From a virus, in UHGV virus genome UHGV-0176840: DNA of 47,486 bases, one strand, 5' to 3'. Positions 10,098 through 19,843 of the stretch are shown here, piece after piece. Positions within the stretch are counted from its first letter, which is position 1. Each line of letters opens with the position of its first letter. A model generated the notes under the pieces. That model was not told the origin of the DNA and did no database searches. It saw only the letters and a list, made by a program, of their open reading frames with translations. The position numbers and the translations under genes were made by a program.

Positions 10098-11201
10098 CTA
10101 GAACCTATCGCCTTTTGATAAATTATCTTTCGCCCATAACGGCTGTAGGTTTGACAGAGCATTAATTATCTTTGGCTCTGTTATCCCTTGAGCCAGGAAT
10201 CTTGATATTGGCTTTTTGTGATCAATGTGCCACTCGCCGTAGTTCTCCCAGCTCATTCCATCCTTGAACTGAAACTCTATTCGAGACACCAGGGAGAATC
10301 TTGAATATCCAAGCAGCTTTTCCGTTCTACTTCCATTTTTTGATGTCATTAATCTTTTTAGGCAGCCACGCATGAAGACACGCATCCTGTAATCTGGTCT
10401 GTTAAACAATACCTCTGATTGATATTTCCTTCTCTTTGCTCTTGCCTCTCTCTTTCTTCTTCTTGCGTTTATTCTGTTTCTTGCATCAATTGATGGTTTT
10501 GTCTTGTGGCTCTCTCTTAGTCTTAGGCACTCAATGCACTGTCGCGTTGACACCAGTCTTGGCGATACGTGGCCATGCTTGCAAGGCTCTCCAGTTGAAT
10601 AATGAGGAAGACCAAGATTTTTGGCAACCATTCTCTTCACTAATGCTGCTTTCCTTTTCAATGCTGATTCTTCCATTCTTTGACTTCTCTTTCTTTCCTG
10701 AAGGCATTTGCAGCATTGATTTGTTGATACAAGCCTTTTCCCTATGTGGCCGTTTTTGCATGGCACATTTGAATAATAATGCTTTTTACCCGCAAATTTT
10801 GCCTTTGCTATTTCCTCTCTAATCTCCCTTTTGTCAATTATCGTCTTATTTGAAGACACTTTAGACTCGTATCTCAACTTAGCGTCAATTAAAGTGCAAT
10901 CTTTGCATCTCCTTGCTCCTTTATGAAAATCATTAACTGACTTAAGCTCACCGCATTTACTGCACTCCTTCATCCCGCCAATTATTGGGTATCTTTTTAA
11001 CTTAACCTCGCATTTATTGCACCCAACCTTCCCCTGTAGGTGATTTGTAGGAGATTGATAAAACTCTACACCATGCTTTTTACAAACTATCGCCACCTTT
11101 TCTTTGGCGCTAGTATATATTGATTTCGAGTAGTCATACTTATCACCATGAACAATCATGGCGCGAGAAATAAAGTCTTCTGTGGTGATTTTCTTTGGCA
11201 T
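10098..11201 (-). CDS. HNH homing endonuclease with repeated zinc-ribbon modules
   Basis: C-terminal HNH motif (HIDHKKPIS...NLQPLWAKDNLSKGD); N-terminal module TEDFISRAMIVHGDKYDYSKSIY..VCKKHGVEF is also found at the N-terminus of the 35803..36679 endonuclease; inserted between head genes. Confidence 0.75.
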   Translation of the reverse strand: MPKKITTEDFISRAMIVHGDKYDYSKSIYTSAKEKVAIVCKKHGVEFYQSPTNHLQGKVGCNKCEVKLKRYPIIGGMKECSKCGELKSVNDFHKGARRCKDCTLIDAKLRYESKVSSNKTIIDKREIREEIAKAKFAGKKHYYSNVPCKNGHIGKRLVSTNQCCKCLQERKRSQRMEESALKRKAALVKRMVAKNLGLPHYSTGEPCKHGHVSPRLVSTRQCIECLRLRESHKTKPSIDARNRINARRRKREARAKRRKYQSEVLFNRPDYRMRVFMRGCLKRLMTSKNGSRTEKLLGYSRFSLVSRIEFQFKDGMSWENYGEWHIDHKKPISRFLAQGITEPKIINALSNLQPLWAKDNLSKGDRF

Positions 11202-11295
11202 ACATAACCCCGTAGCAGGCTCGTAGATTGAGGATGCAGCAGGGTGTCTACGTTCACCTTTTCGTCTGGCCGGACTAGCTGCAATGATGATTATA

Positions 11296-12252
11296 TCACT
11301 TTGCTTTGTGAGCTGAAAGCCACTTATCTCTTGCTGATATCATCCTTTCAAGAGAAGATTCAAGCATGATCACATTACCATTTTCATCTAACAGGCATGG
11401 CGTTTGACCACAGTGGCATCGAAATCTATTCCCGTCCTTACTGTAAAACTCCTCCACCTGTTCTGGCGAGTACGCCTTAGAGTGTCTGATGGCGTGAGTT
11501 TGTCTGGTTGTTGGTAATAGCGCCGACACCCAAAATAGAGCACTATTCAGCCCCAAAATAATCTTTGATTCCTGAACTTCGTCAGACTGCGACTTACGTA
11601 AAATGCCTGTAAGCTCGGTTTGGGCAATATTTTTTGCTCGTGATTCACTTACACCAACGCGCTTAATGATGTCTGATTCAATATCTCTCGGATTAGAACC
11701 AACAGCGATAGCATTCATGATCACTTGAGATAAATCATTGCGCGCCGCGTCACCAATACCAACCCAATCACTGTAAGTGGTGGCATTGGCAATAGATAGA
11801 CGCTGCAAATATGGCTCCGAGTAAATAATGTCTGCAATTGAACGGCGCTCAGCATAGAGTGGAGACATGGCTGACAGCTGCTGTTGCGCCTCAACCGTAC
11901 CAGCCGAATAGGCGTCAGAGACATAAATTGACATCCAGAACTGACCAGCATCCATTGGCTGAGTATCATCAAGCAGTATTTCATCAATTAGCTGTTGCAG
12001 TGCCTCATTAAATTGAGCTGCCCTAGCTGCTGAAAAATCATACCTGTAACCATAGGCATCAATGGAGTTAATTGCGGCAACTGGAATTGACCTGAATAAG
12101 TCTATGACTGACGATTTAAGGCGCTTGTATCGCGCCTCAATCTGTTTGTTTGCCTTGCTTAGTCTCCTGTTAGCGCCAACAGGGTCTGTTTTGCTGGTTG
12201 GTATCTTCGGGCCAACCAGTCGGGCGCTAACCTTAAAGATTTTGATTTTCAT
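11296..12252 (-). CDS. minor head protein (Mu F/SPP1 gp7-like, putative)
   Basis: Immediately downstream of and overlapping the portal gene; size typical of head morphogenesis protein. Confidence 0.5.
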   Translation of the reverse strand: MKIKIFKVSARLVGPKIPTSKTDPVGANRRLSKANKQIEARYKRLKSSVIDLFRSIPVAAINSIDAYGYRYDFSAARAAQFNEALQQLIDEILLDDTQPMDAGQFWMSIYVSDAYSAGTVEAQQQLSAMSPLYAERRSIADIIYSEPYLQRLSIANATTYSDWVGIGDAARNDLSQVIMNAIAVGSNPRDIESDIIKRVGVSESRAKNIAQTELTGILRKSQSDEVQESKIILGLNSALFWVSALLPTTRQTHAIRHSKAYSPEQVEEFYSKDGNRFRCHCGQTPCLLDENGNVIMLESSLERMISARDKWLSAHKAK

Positions 12253-13636
12253 CGTCAGGATCACCCTCAGTGACGATTTGAATTTCTTCAATCGGCTCCA
12301 TACCAACCATGCCGCGCGCCTCATCCACTGTCAGCAAAGCAGATTGACCAGCATCAAAGAAGGATTTGTTCGCAGTGGCGAGCTTAGACAGCAATTCAGC
12401 TTTATCCAGCTCTGAAGGCGCTAGCAGGTCATCCCACTTAACCTTGTAGCCATTTGCCGGGGCTTTATCGACAATGCCGAACTGAATCATGCGCTCAACA
12501 AACATTGAGATGACATAATCAACCCATGTCTCGCGGCGCTGCTTGGCTGTCATCGCCTCCTGCATCTTGTCTTCGTCGCTCGCAAGGCGTCCGGTTTGCT
12601 GACCAAAAATTACTGTGAACGGAAGCGCCATTGATGCAGCGAACTGATTGGCAGCCACTTCCCATGTAGGTTTCGGGTCGGCTGGCGTCACAGCGAGAAC
12701 CTTTGCATCCGCTCCCATTGTGAACATAGCGGCGTCGATTCCTGAGTTCAGCGCCTCAATGTTCTCATTCATGATGTCGGTAAGCTCTTCAATATCGACA
12801 CCCATTGACTGCGCCAGACTTGCTGGCGTTACGTTATCTTTCGTGTAGTTAACTGCCAGTTGGCGGCTGGCATTCTTCAGGAACCCTTCTGCTGAGCTAC
12901 CGGAAACCTTAGCCATGTCGATAAGGCTATTGTAACCAGCACGCAGCATTGGGATGCCGCTGAACATACTGCCATCGAAGCTACCCTCAGCCAGAATGAT
13001 GATGCGGTCAGGATGAATCTGCACGGAACGTTCAGGCTTGCCATTGCTGTCGAAATCTTCCACGGCGCTTTCCTGATACTCGTACATCTCAGGCATGCCG
13101 TAGTCTTCGCTGGTTTCGTCGTTATTCCACGCACTGACGCGAAGCTGCTCTTCCCACACAGGAATAAAGCGAACGATGGATTTATCTTTAATGCGGCGGG
13201 TTTTGGTGACATCTACCGGCTCACTCCATTGCTTGCCGTCACGGATTTGCAGGATAACAGCAGAGTAGCGGTTGATGGCGTTGCGCTTGTCAGCCTCCTT
13301 GATGAACGGATAAGCGCGCTTCATCATGTCGTTGATGGACAGCTCCCACGGCGTTGAGTTCTTATCATCCTCGCCATCCTCAACCACTTCTGGGTATTTC
13401 TGCCAGCATTTATTAATAATGCGGTTAATTCCAGCGGCGGCTGCTGGATGTCGCTCGTAAGCGTAGCGGAACATCTCGGCAGTGATTTCCTGCGGGTATC
13501 CCAGCTCCTTCCACATGAACTCACGTTTCTGGTCCAGATTCTTCCCGCCAGCACAAAGCCGTTGCTGCTGAATCGCCCGGTTATTATTCGCCACGCGGTC
13601 GCGTATATAGGCGTTTAGTGCATCAATTTTTGACAT
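12233..13636 (-). CDS. portal protein (putative)
   Basis: 467-aa ORF between terminase and minor head genes; acidic C-terminus. Confidence 0.65.
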   Translation of the reverse strand: MSKIDALNAYIRDRVANNNRAIQQQRLCAGGKNLDQKREFMWKELGYPQEITAEMFRYAYERHPAAAAGINRIINKCWQKYPEVVEDGEDDKNSTPWELSINDMMKRAYPFIKEADKRNAINRYSAVILQIRDGKQWSEPVDVTKTRRIKDKSIVRFIPVWEEQLRVSAWNNDETSEDYGMPEMYEYQESAVEDFDSNGKPERSVQIHPDRIIILAEGSFDGSMFSGIPMLRAGYNSLIDMAKVSGSSAEGFLKNASRQLAVNYTKDNVTPASLAQSMGVDIEELTDIMNENIEALNSGIDAAMFTMGADAKVLAVTPADPKPTWEVAANQFAASMALPFTVIFGQQTGRLASDEDKMQEAMTAKQRRETWVDYVISMFVERMIQFGIVDKAPANGYKVKWDDLLAPSELDKAELLSKLATANKSFFDAGQSALLTVDEARGMVGMEPIEEIQIVTEGDPDDENQNL

Positions 13637-13644
13637 ATGTCACC

Positions 13645-13672
13645 AATAAAAAATCCCTCACGATGGAGGGAT
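13645..13672 (-). terminator. hairpin + T-run immediately upstream of the portal start
   Basis: TCCCTCcatcgtGAGGGA followed on the minus strand by TTTTTTATTGGTGAcatATG (portal SD/ATG). Confidence 0.4.
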
Positions 13673-13682
13673 TATAGCATGG

Positions 13683-13973
13683 TCACTTGTTGCGATTTCT
13701 GTATGCCGGGTAGAATTTCGATAAAGGCCACACCCAGAATTTCCAGAGCATCTCGTCATAGCTTGGCAGCGCCTCATGAAATCGCTTGCCAGAGGCATAT
13801 CCATCAGAGTCTTCTTCATAGAAGAACTTTATAAACCCAATTCTTGCATCAGCGACCGCGCTATTTCTAATAAACATATAAGCAAAGAACGTCATAACAA
13901 CAAAGCCGATAATAATAGCCACCATCATCACACCTCTATTTAAAACACTGACACAACAGAAACGGCACAACAC
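13683..13973 (-). CDS. small membrane protein
   Basis: Hydrophobic N-terminus (MMVAIIIGFVVMTFFAYMF); a second overlapping 55-codon hydrophobic ORF (13933..14100) is also possible. Confidence 0.35.
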   Translation of the reverse strand: MLCRFCCVSVLNRGVMMVAIIIGFVVMTFFAYMFIRNSAVADARIGFIKFFYEEDSDGYASGKRFHEALPSYDEMLWKFWVWPLSKFYPAYRNRNK

Positions 13974-14096
13974 CAGTCACCACAGCGAAAAATGAACCAA
14001 CTATAAAGTGAATCCATCTTGGTTCATTCACTCCGGAAGCCATAGCCCACCAGAACATAAAGTTAAATGGAATCCAGAACGACCAGAATAGTGCCA

Positions 14097-14306
14097 TCAT
14101 TCCACCTTTTCGAATTTATCAAAAATAACAGAAAGATTAAAAGCGCCGCTTTCAGTGATTGCCTGAATTTCTTTCACTTGCGCTCTCATGGCGTCTTCAT
14201 ATGCGCTAACTGCATCAGGTCCAATAGATAAACCGCAGAAGCTACCAACGCTCGCCACGCTTCCTTGTCGCTCAATGTGGCCGCAATAAAAATAAACGCT
14301 CATCAC
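14097..14306 (-). CDS. hypothetical protein
   Basis: 69-aa ORF. Confidence 0.35.
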   Translation of the reverse strand: MMSVYFYCGHIERQGSVASVGSFCGLSIGPDAVSAYEDAMRAQVKEIQAITESGAFNLSVIFDKFEKVE

Positions 14307-14330
14307 TCAATCTCCTCACCATTAATGTCA

Positions 14331-14618
14331 TCACCGACAAATCCTGACAACATAGTCAATCTTGTTTGCATTAAAGTGGATGTCTTTAAATGAAGCCTCT
14401 ACACTTTGATAGGTGCCGTTATTTCTGCGAACACCCAACTTCTTAGCTATAACCATTGATTTGCCAGTCTCTGGCACAGCAATCCAATTGGTGCCATCAA
14501 TTCGCACATCACAGCCAAATACCAAGCGGTGGCGGGCTTTACGATGAACACGCAGTCCACCAATGCGCTTAGGTATAATCTGGCCTTTTTTAAATAGTTC
14601 ACCACTAATCATGATCAC
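14331..14618 (-). CDS. hypothetical protein
   Basis: 95-aa basic ORF, 4-nt overlap with upstream gene. Confidence 0.4.
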   Translation of the reverse strand: MIMISGELFKKGQIIPKRIGGLRVHRKARHRLVFGCDVRIDGTNWIAVPETGKSMVIAKKLGVRRNNGTYQSVEASFKDIHFNANKIDYVVRICR

Positions 14619-14821
14619 CCCCTCAAAAAATCATTCTTGCAGCAGATACCCTTATATCCCCGTTTCTCTTGCAGGTTAACGAAAACGTCATCCAGAACGC
14701 GCAGCAGGAAATCCTCGTCGATGTCATACCGACGGCAAATCACCTCATCAGGCACACCAGCGCGCGCCAGTGAATAAACCTGCTCTTTTTCCTCCTGTGT
14801 AAATCCCGCATAGCTGCGCAT
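14615..14821 (-). CDS. hypothetical protein (possible small regulator)
   Basis: 68-aa ORF adjacent to the promoter cluster. Confidence 0.4.
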   Translation of the reverse strand: MRSYAGFTQEEKEQVYSLARAGVPDEVICRRYDIDEDFLLRVLDDVFVNLQEKRGYKGICCKNDFLRG

Positions 14822-14842
14822 AGTAATATCTCCGGTAAGCCT

Positions 14843-14947
14843 GATGTAGATATACTATGCGCTCGGTGTAGATTGGTCAAGTGTGATGATGCGGATTTAT
14901 CAACATTAATAATAAATGTTGACGTGGGTATGTTGGTGATGTAGATT
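14843..14947 (+). promoter_or_regulatory. cluster of three promoter-motif copies with palindromic operator
   Basis: TGATGTAGATA 14843, GGTGTAGATT 14865, TTGACG 14919 - 17 nt - TAGATT 14942; palindrome TCAACATTaataataAATGTTGA 14900-14922 overlaps the -35. Confidence 0.5.
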
Positions 14948-14982
14948 TAACTCAGCCGGAAATGCTTATGTGAGGTGATAAG

Positions 14983-15159
14983 GTGTTTGAAGCATATAAG
15001 TCAAAAATAACTGGCAGCACATATCTTTTTGCCCCAGAAAATGGATTAGTTTTTGTTCATCGTGACAAAGATAACATTGAAGCCACGAGAATGACAAAAG
15101 ATGACATAGATATGTGCGTCAGAAACGGAGTTATGGAAGAAACGGAGTGTCCAGCATGA
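14983..15159 (+). CDS. moron small protein (58 aa, GTG start)
   Basis: Not in ORF track; GAGGTG SD; between triple promoter-motif cluster and terminator; antisense to flanking late genes. Confidence 0.35.
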   Translation: MFEAYKSKITGSTYLFAPENGLVFVHRDKDNIEATRMTKDDIDMCVRNGVMEETECPA

Positions 15160-15338
15160 GCCATACAAGACCAAGAGTTGATAAAAAAGTAAGAGAAGAG
15201 GCAATAGAGCACTTTAAAAGCCACCACGGGAATCACTCCAACGAGGTGATTGTTGATATAGATGTGGAGAAGATGAAGGAAACCGCAAAGCATTACAAAG
15301 GAAGAGTTAACCTTGCAGATTATGGAATAACTGAATAA
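15156..15338 (+). CDS. moron small protein (60 aa)
   Basis: ATGA overlap with preceding ORF; Lys/His-rich; terminator 15345-15370 directly downstream. Confidence 0.4.
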   Translation: MSHTRPRVDKKVREEAIEHFKSHHGNHSNEVIVDIDVEKMKETAKHYKGRVNLADYGITE

Positions 15339-15344
15339 GCAGAA

Positions 15345-15370
15345 GCCCTCGAGTGAGGGCTTTATTTTAT
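15345..15370 (+). terminator. rho-independent terminator closing the 14983-15338 moron
   Basis: GCCCTCgagtGAGGGC + TTTATTTTAT. Confidence 0.6.
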
Positions 15371-16824
15371 CTCCTGCGACGGATTAGCATCCCGCTACCG
15401 CGCTGAACGATGTGGTCATTGAGTGCATATCGAACCGCATCCCAGTAATGGTTATAAGCATCAACAATATCAGTCAGCACATTCCCTGTCAGCTTATCGA
15501 CCTTGTAGCTGTACATTGCTGCCTCATTCTGCATTTCCTTGCATCGCTCGTGGATGATGATGCTGTCACATCCGCGCAGCCACGTTACACCATCCTCAAC
15601 GCTTCCCGGCCATTTTGTGCATGGGTGAATATCAAAGCCAGAGCGCTTGATGTGACTGATGGTTTCAGGGCGAGCGCAGTCAGCATACCATCGTGCGCGC
15701 TTAGCCATCGGAAATGATTGCTCCATCGCGGCTGGCGTATCAGTAATCTCAAGCCCAACCTTACCGTACTCGCGATTAATATAAATGTTGCGACGCCCGC
15801 CTGGTAATTCTTCGATATAAACCTCAACCATTGCGGTGGGGTCCGTACTAAACCCGAAGTCCATCCCGAAGTATGGTCCATGCCATTCAGGTTTGACCTC
15901 GAAGTTATCAATGCGCCATTTACCACCGAAGACCTGCTCATCGCTGCGTTTGTTAAATTTACCTTCCCATATCCACATGTAGCGGTCGAAGTCAACGCGC
16001 TTCATTTGCTCCATGGCGGATGGCAAAGGCGTATCCCAGAACCACGGGTTGTCGGAATAGTTACATTCGATAATCAGTATTTCATCATTTTCGAATATGC
16101 CATCAACCATCTGCGAATGATAGGGAGCAATCCAGTTTTTCCATGTGGGGTCTGTATCTTTGTTGGGGTTGAATGAGCACCACAGCTCGGAATTGGCAGC
16201 ACGGATGGTAGGCACAAGAATATCCCAGCTTGTCTGGCTGACGTTCTCTGCTTCCTCTACCCAGCCAACGGTAATGCCAGCAAAACCCTTAACTGTAGTC
16301 TGGTTGCGATACAGCCCCTTAAAGCGAAATTTAGCCTTAGTCTTTTTGTGCGTTATCTCGTTGTTGATAACGCGAAACTCTGCCGATTCACCCTTGCGGG
16401 CTATCTCATCAACAAGTTCCTGGTAGCTTGAGTCTTCAATGGATTGCTGAATCTCACGAAAACAGGCAAAGCGGTCAGAGCGAAACCTTGCTCTCTCAGT
16501 AAGGATGGTGATAATCGTTCTTGTCTTCCCTGACCCACGACCACCGTAGACAAACTTAAAACGCTTCGGGTAAAGCAGGCGCTCAAGTTTTGCCGGAATC
16601 AGGTGGTCGGCATGGGTGGTTGCATTGGTCACGTCATCAACGCCGGTGGCGGTCATCCTTAACCGCTTAATGACTTTCTTCTGCATGTCGCAGATGCCGA
16701 AGATGGCAGACTCAGCAACATCTGTCATCGCATCATCAATCTGCGCTTCCAGCTTTTCGATTGCCAGTGCTGATAGGCGTTTACGAGCCATAGCGAGAGT
16801 GGCCCCATGCAATGACCCAACCAA
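15367..16824 (-). CDS. terminase large subunit
   Basis: Walker A VYGGRGSGKTRT; C-terminal nuclease-like acidic residues; follows the small subunit gene. Confidence 0.85.
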   Translation of the reverse strand: MVGSLHGATLAMARKRLSALAIEKLEAQIDDAMTDVAESAIFGICDMQKKVIKRLRMTATGVDDVTNATTHADHLIPAKLERLLYPKRFKFVYGGRGSGKTRTIITILTERARFRSDRFACFREIQQSIEDSSYQELVDEIARKGESAEFRVINNEITHKKTKAKFRFKGLYRNQTTVKGFAGITVGWVEEAENVSQTSWDILVPTIRAANSELWCSFNPNKDTDPTWKNWIAPYHSQMVDGIFENDEILIIECNYSDNPWFWDTPLPSAMEQMKRVDFDRYMWIWEGKFNKRSDEQVFGGKWRIDNFEVKPEWHGPYFGMDFGFSTDPTAMVEVYIEELPGGRRNIYINREYGKVGLEITDTPAAMEQSFPMAKRARWYADCARPETISHIKRSGFDIHPCTKWPGSVEDGVTWLRGCDSIIIHERCKEMQNEAAMYSYKVDKLTGNVLTDIVDAYNHYWDAVRYALNDHIVQRGSGMLIRRRR

Positions 16825-16931
16825 TGCACCAGAACATCAAGCCAAAGATGCATCCAGTAAAGTCATTATTTGGTTGGGTTACGCTTGTTAAGCTCATAAT
16901 AATTGACGCTAAAAAGCAAGCCGTAATGCTC

Positions 16932-17378
16932 TTATCCATTCTGCTGCTCCAGTAATTCCTCTAGTCGCTCAAGGCGCGCGGCGAGTTCGGTTAACTCTTT
17001 CACGTCGAGACCAACCTTAATCATAGAAACAACCTGAGACGCCACGTCAATTGGTAGTTCTCCACTGGAAACAGATTGAATGACATCCTCTATCTGCTCA
17101 ACCGGAGTGGCATCTTTTCGGTATTTAAAATTAACCGGTGGCGCCATACTTTTTTGTACGGGGCTGATGCGCAGGAATATTTCCTTCAGCATCTGCACAC
17201 CCTGAGTCGGGTTTTCCTCAGTCATCCTGATTGATGTCCTGATGAATGCGTCAAGGAATTCCTCCTCGCCAAGCCCGCATCGCTTTAATGCTTCGATAAG
17301 CCTGTTTCTGTAGCTTAATCCTCTGCCAGCAGGCTGGTATTCAGAGGAAAATTTCATGACAGGGTTTGGATTAGCCAT
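16932..17378 (-). CDS. terminase small subunit (putative)
   Basis: 148-aa ORF immediately upstream of TerL; coiled-coil C-terminus. Confidence 0.55.
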   Translation of the reverse strand: MANPNPVMKFSSEYQPAGRGLSYRNRLIEALKRCGLGEEEFLDAFIRTSIRMTEENPTQGVQMLKEIFLRISPVQKSMAPPVNFKYRKDATPVEQIEDVIQSVSSGELPIDVASQVVSMIKVGLDVKELTELAARLERLEELLEQQNG

Positions 17379-17420
17379 TCTGTTTTCGTCTTTTCGTATT
17401 TCGATACCGCTAGTTTAACA

Positions 17421-17451
17421 CAGATAAAAAAGAACCCGCACAAGGCGGGTT
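17421..17451 (-). terminator. rho-independent terminator between the small-gene operon and the terminase small subunit gene
   Basis: AACCCGCcttgtGCGGGTT + CTTTTTTAT on the minus strand. Confidence 0.55.
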
Positions 17452-17495
17452 AAAGGTTTGGTGATGATATGAGTGAAGCAATGGTGGTTATGTGC

Positions 17496-17735
17496 TTATT
17501 GTACACCATCATTATCGCGCTTGCCAGCATAGCACCATGCGTTTTCATTACGCGTCTGTACATGAACGACTTCAAGCGCATCAGGGAATGTCTTTGCCAC
17601 CTTCGCGATAAAATCATCCAGTTCGTGCTGCTTTGCGATGTGCCAGACCTTCTGTTTAGTGGTTTGCATTAGCATAATCCCTCGTTGAGCACATGCACTT
17701 AATGTCGTGAACACCAGTATCTGGAACAACCTCAA
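17496..17735 (-). CDS. hypothetical protein
   Basis: ORF in the leftward small-gene operon; true start uncertain. Confidence 0.35.
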   Translation of the reverse strand: MRLFQILVFTTLSACAQRGIMLMQTTKQKVWHIAKQHELDDFIAKVAKTFPDALEVVHVQTRNENAWCYAGKRDNDGVQ

Positions 17736-17853
17736 TTCGATTTCCTAGCTGCACCATCATGTAATGACATGTCATCATACAGTCCCAGTATCGTTTCCAC
17801 ATGTTTTGCATTGCTGAGTTGATATCATCAAACATAATGCACAACTCCTGCAA
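17656..17853 (-). CDS. hypothetical Cys/Met-rich protein
   Basis: 65-aa ORF; a 34-codon TM ORF (17833..17935) overlaps its 5' end. Confidence 0.35.
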   Translation of the reverse strand: MQELCIMFDDINSAMQNMWKRYWDCMMTCHYMMVQLGNRIEVVPDTGVHDIKCMCSTRDYANANH

Positions 17854-17998
17854 TAGCTATCACCAGTGCCAGCACGTAAACAGCAAGAAAGATTTTAGCG
17901 CCAGTGGTGTATCGGCGTCGTTGGTGGTTGTTCATTGGTACACCTCCACTAAAGCGTGCGCCACATAGAGCGCACTGATAATTAATATGAACGGATAG

Positions 17999-18214
17999 CT
18001 ATTCACTTTTAGCCAGGCTTTCGAATTGCTGACTGGTGGTGTCATGCTCCACCTCAATAAGCATGCAATCAATAATCTTCCTTGACTCATCAACGAGTCT
18101 GTTAAATCCAGCGTCATTAATGACAGGAACTGGCACAAACCTGATGCCTGCTGATGCAAGCGCATTAGCCATCTCAAGAGATTGCCTCAATTCAACTGGC
18201 GATGCTCTTTTCAT
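17999..18214 (-). CDS. hypothetical protein
   Basis: 71-aa ORF preferred over overlapping 17932..18177 on codon/composition grounds. Confidence 0.35.
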   Translation of the reverse strand: MKRASPVELRQSLEMANALASAGIRFVPVPVINDAGFNRLVDESRKIIDCMLIEVEHDTTSQQFESLAKSE

Positions 18215-18663
18215 CGCTTGGCTCCTTGTTCTTCCAGAAAAATACGCATAGCCTCAAGCATCTCTTCGGTGTCATACGGTGACAACTTGTCACGCAGGAT
18301 GTGTTCAATGCTGTTAATGAACTTACGGATCGCTTTGCGTTCAATTTCAGCAAGGAGAGCGTCGGTGGCTGGCGTTTCTTCAATCGCTCGCTTAACCTTT
18401 TCTTCAGCTTCGAAAATTGACTGAACCAAGAAGTCAGCGTGAGGTGGCCTGCCTGCCTTCTTTATCTCCGCACGAAGATCAATTTGCTGAGTTACCGCAG
18501 ATTTCAGCCTCGTGCTCTCTGCTGCCAGCGCCGCGCATTTAGCTTTGAGTGCTGCGTAGTCTTCGTAATCGACATATCCTCCATCTTTATCTTCTTCCAT
18601 TGAATCCCATGACTCATGACCACGGTAAGTAGTTTTCATCTCATACCGCTTAACTTCACTCAT
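18211..18663 (-). CDS. hypothetical protein
   Basis: 150-aa acidic/coiled-coil ORF; 4-nt overlaps. Confidence 0.45.
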   Translation of the reverse strand: MSEVKRYEMKTTYRGHESWDSMEEDKDGGYVDYEDYAALKAKCAALAAESTRLKSAVTQQIDLRAEIKKAGRPPHADFLVQSIFEAEEKVKRAIEETPATDALLAEIERKAIRKFINSIEHILRDKLSPYDTEEMLEAMRIFLEEQGAKR

Positions 18664-18893
18664 ACCCTAACCACCATAATTTCTTCGTAATAGCCATCTT
18701 CTTCAAACTCAATCTTTGCGATTTTGAACGCATCTTCATCAGTGATGTCAATCGCTTTGAATTTGCACTTTGCAAGCACAATGCAGCCCTGCATGATTAG
18801 CCACTTATTCCACCAGCGCGCTCGCTTGACTGTCTTGCACGCATACAGTGCGTTCCTCACAAACCAGAACTCGTATGTTTTTACTTTTGCCAT
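18660..18893 (-). CDS. hypothetical protein
   Basis: 77-aa ORF. Confidence 0.4.
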   Translation of the reverse strand: MAKVKTYEFWFVRNALYACKTVKRARWWNKWLIMQGCIVLAKCKFKAIDITDEDAFKIAKIEFEEDGYYEEIMVVRV

Positions 18894-18928
18894 ATCATCA
18901 CCATTAAAATAAGAGCGCTGAATCGAGG

Positions 18929-19111
18929 TTAGAACACGATAATCAGTTCATCCATTACTCTTCGCTTTCCTTCACCATTAAACACACGCACAACGCGATT
19001 AACGCGGATAGATTCCATTGCATGTCGTGCCTGCTTACTCATAAAGTTTTGCGCGCCAACGTGACCGAGTTCTTGTTCCAGCTTCTCACGACGATAGATA
19101 GTTTTTGCCAT
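18929..19111 (-). CDS. hypothetical protein
   Basis: 60-aa basic ORF. Confidence 0.4.
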   Translation of the reverse strand: MAKTIYRREKLEQELGHVGAQNFMSKQARHAMESIRVNRVVRVFNGEGKRRVMDELIIVF

Positions 19112-19206
19112 TTGTTACTCCGTATATCCTGATTTAGAAACCGCCACTGCGATAATGATGAATGCCACGAAAACCAGACTGGCGATAAGTTCGAATGTTG
19201 CGCCTG

Positions 19207-19353
19207 TCATTTGCTGAGTCCATACGCAGAGATTAAAGCCTGCATTGCTGCGTTCCAGAATGCTTCGGCAGGAATGCTGTTGTTTGTGCGCTCAACTGCA
19301 ATGCGCGCCATAGCCTGTGCATCTTCAAATTCTTCACGGTCTTTGATTTTCAT
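19207..19353 (-). CDS. hypothetical protein (48 aa), first gene of leftward operon
   Basis: Not in ORF track; GAGGG SD; TGA/ATG overlap with a following 31-codon TM ORF (19112..19210). Confidence 0.35.
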   Translation of the reverse strand: MKIKDREEFEDAQAMARIAVERTNNSIPAEAFWNAAMQALISAYGLSK

Positions 19354-19383
19354 CTCTTCACCCTCGTTTGTTCCGATGAGTTC

Positions 19384-19412
19384 AATCTACATCAGTTGTG
19401 AATCTACGTCAA
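19384..19412 (-). promoter_or_regulatory. leftward promoter (two inverted motif copies)
   Basis: Reverse complements of TGATGTAGATT (19384-19394) and TTGACGTAGATT (19401-19412); minus strand reads TTGACG - 17 nt - TAGATT. Confidence 0.5.
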
Positions 19413-19439
19413 CATAGGTTTACCAAAATCACTAAAAAT

Positions 19440-19803
19440 CCGGTAACTCGGAACTTAAAAACCGGTAACTGTTATAAATCAATTGCTTATGTTGTTTTTA
19501 TGCCATTTTTGCCATCAAAAAGTTACCGGAGTTACCGGACGACCGGTAACTTGAAACCAGCATGTATCAAGGCTCTCAGGCGAGTTACCGGATTTACCGG
19601 GTAACTCCTTACATATATAAAAAGGGTTGAATTTCTTATTATATATATGATTTATAAGCATTTTATTCAATTTTGAAGCGAATTCTCATTTTTGAATTTT
19701 TTATGGACTCATAAGCAAAAAATCCGGTAACTCCGGTAACTCTATATTTATCAGCAACTTGCAACGGTAACTGACCGGTAAAAACCCGGTAACTCCGGTA
19801 ACT
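19440..19803. repeat. iteron array: 14 copies of CCGGTAACT (both orientations) flanking a 120-bp AT-rich spacer; candidate origin of replication
   Basis: Copies at 19440, 19462, 19521(-), 19530(-), 19543, 19583(-), 19592(-,variant), 19598(variant), 19724, 19733, 19764(half), 19775(variant), 19786, 19795; AT-rich 19607-19723. Confidence 0.6.
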
Positions 19804-19843
19804 GCTGTAATGATATTTAAGTTGATTCGTCATCTTGCCGTCG

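Noticed and set aside
10436-10822. Plus-strand 128-aa hydrophobic ORF inside the HNH endonuclease gene
   Set aside because: It is antisense to a gene with clear HNH and zinc-ribbon motifs. Its Leu/Phe/Ser-rich composition comes from the reverse complement of Lys/Glu/Arg codons.
19440-19803. CRISPR array or simple satellite for the CCGGTAACT repeats
   Set aside because: The 9-bp units are too short, occur in both orientations, have irregular spacing and have no cas genes nearby. Iteron/origin architecture fits better.
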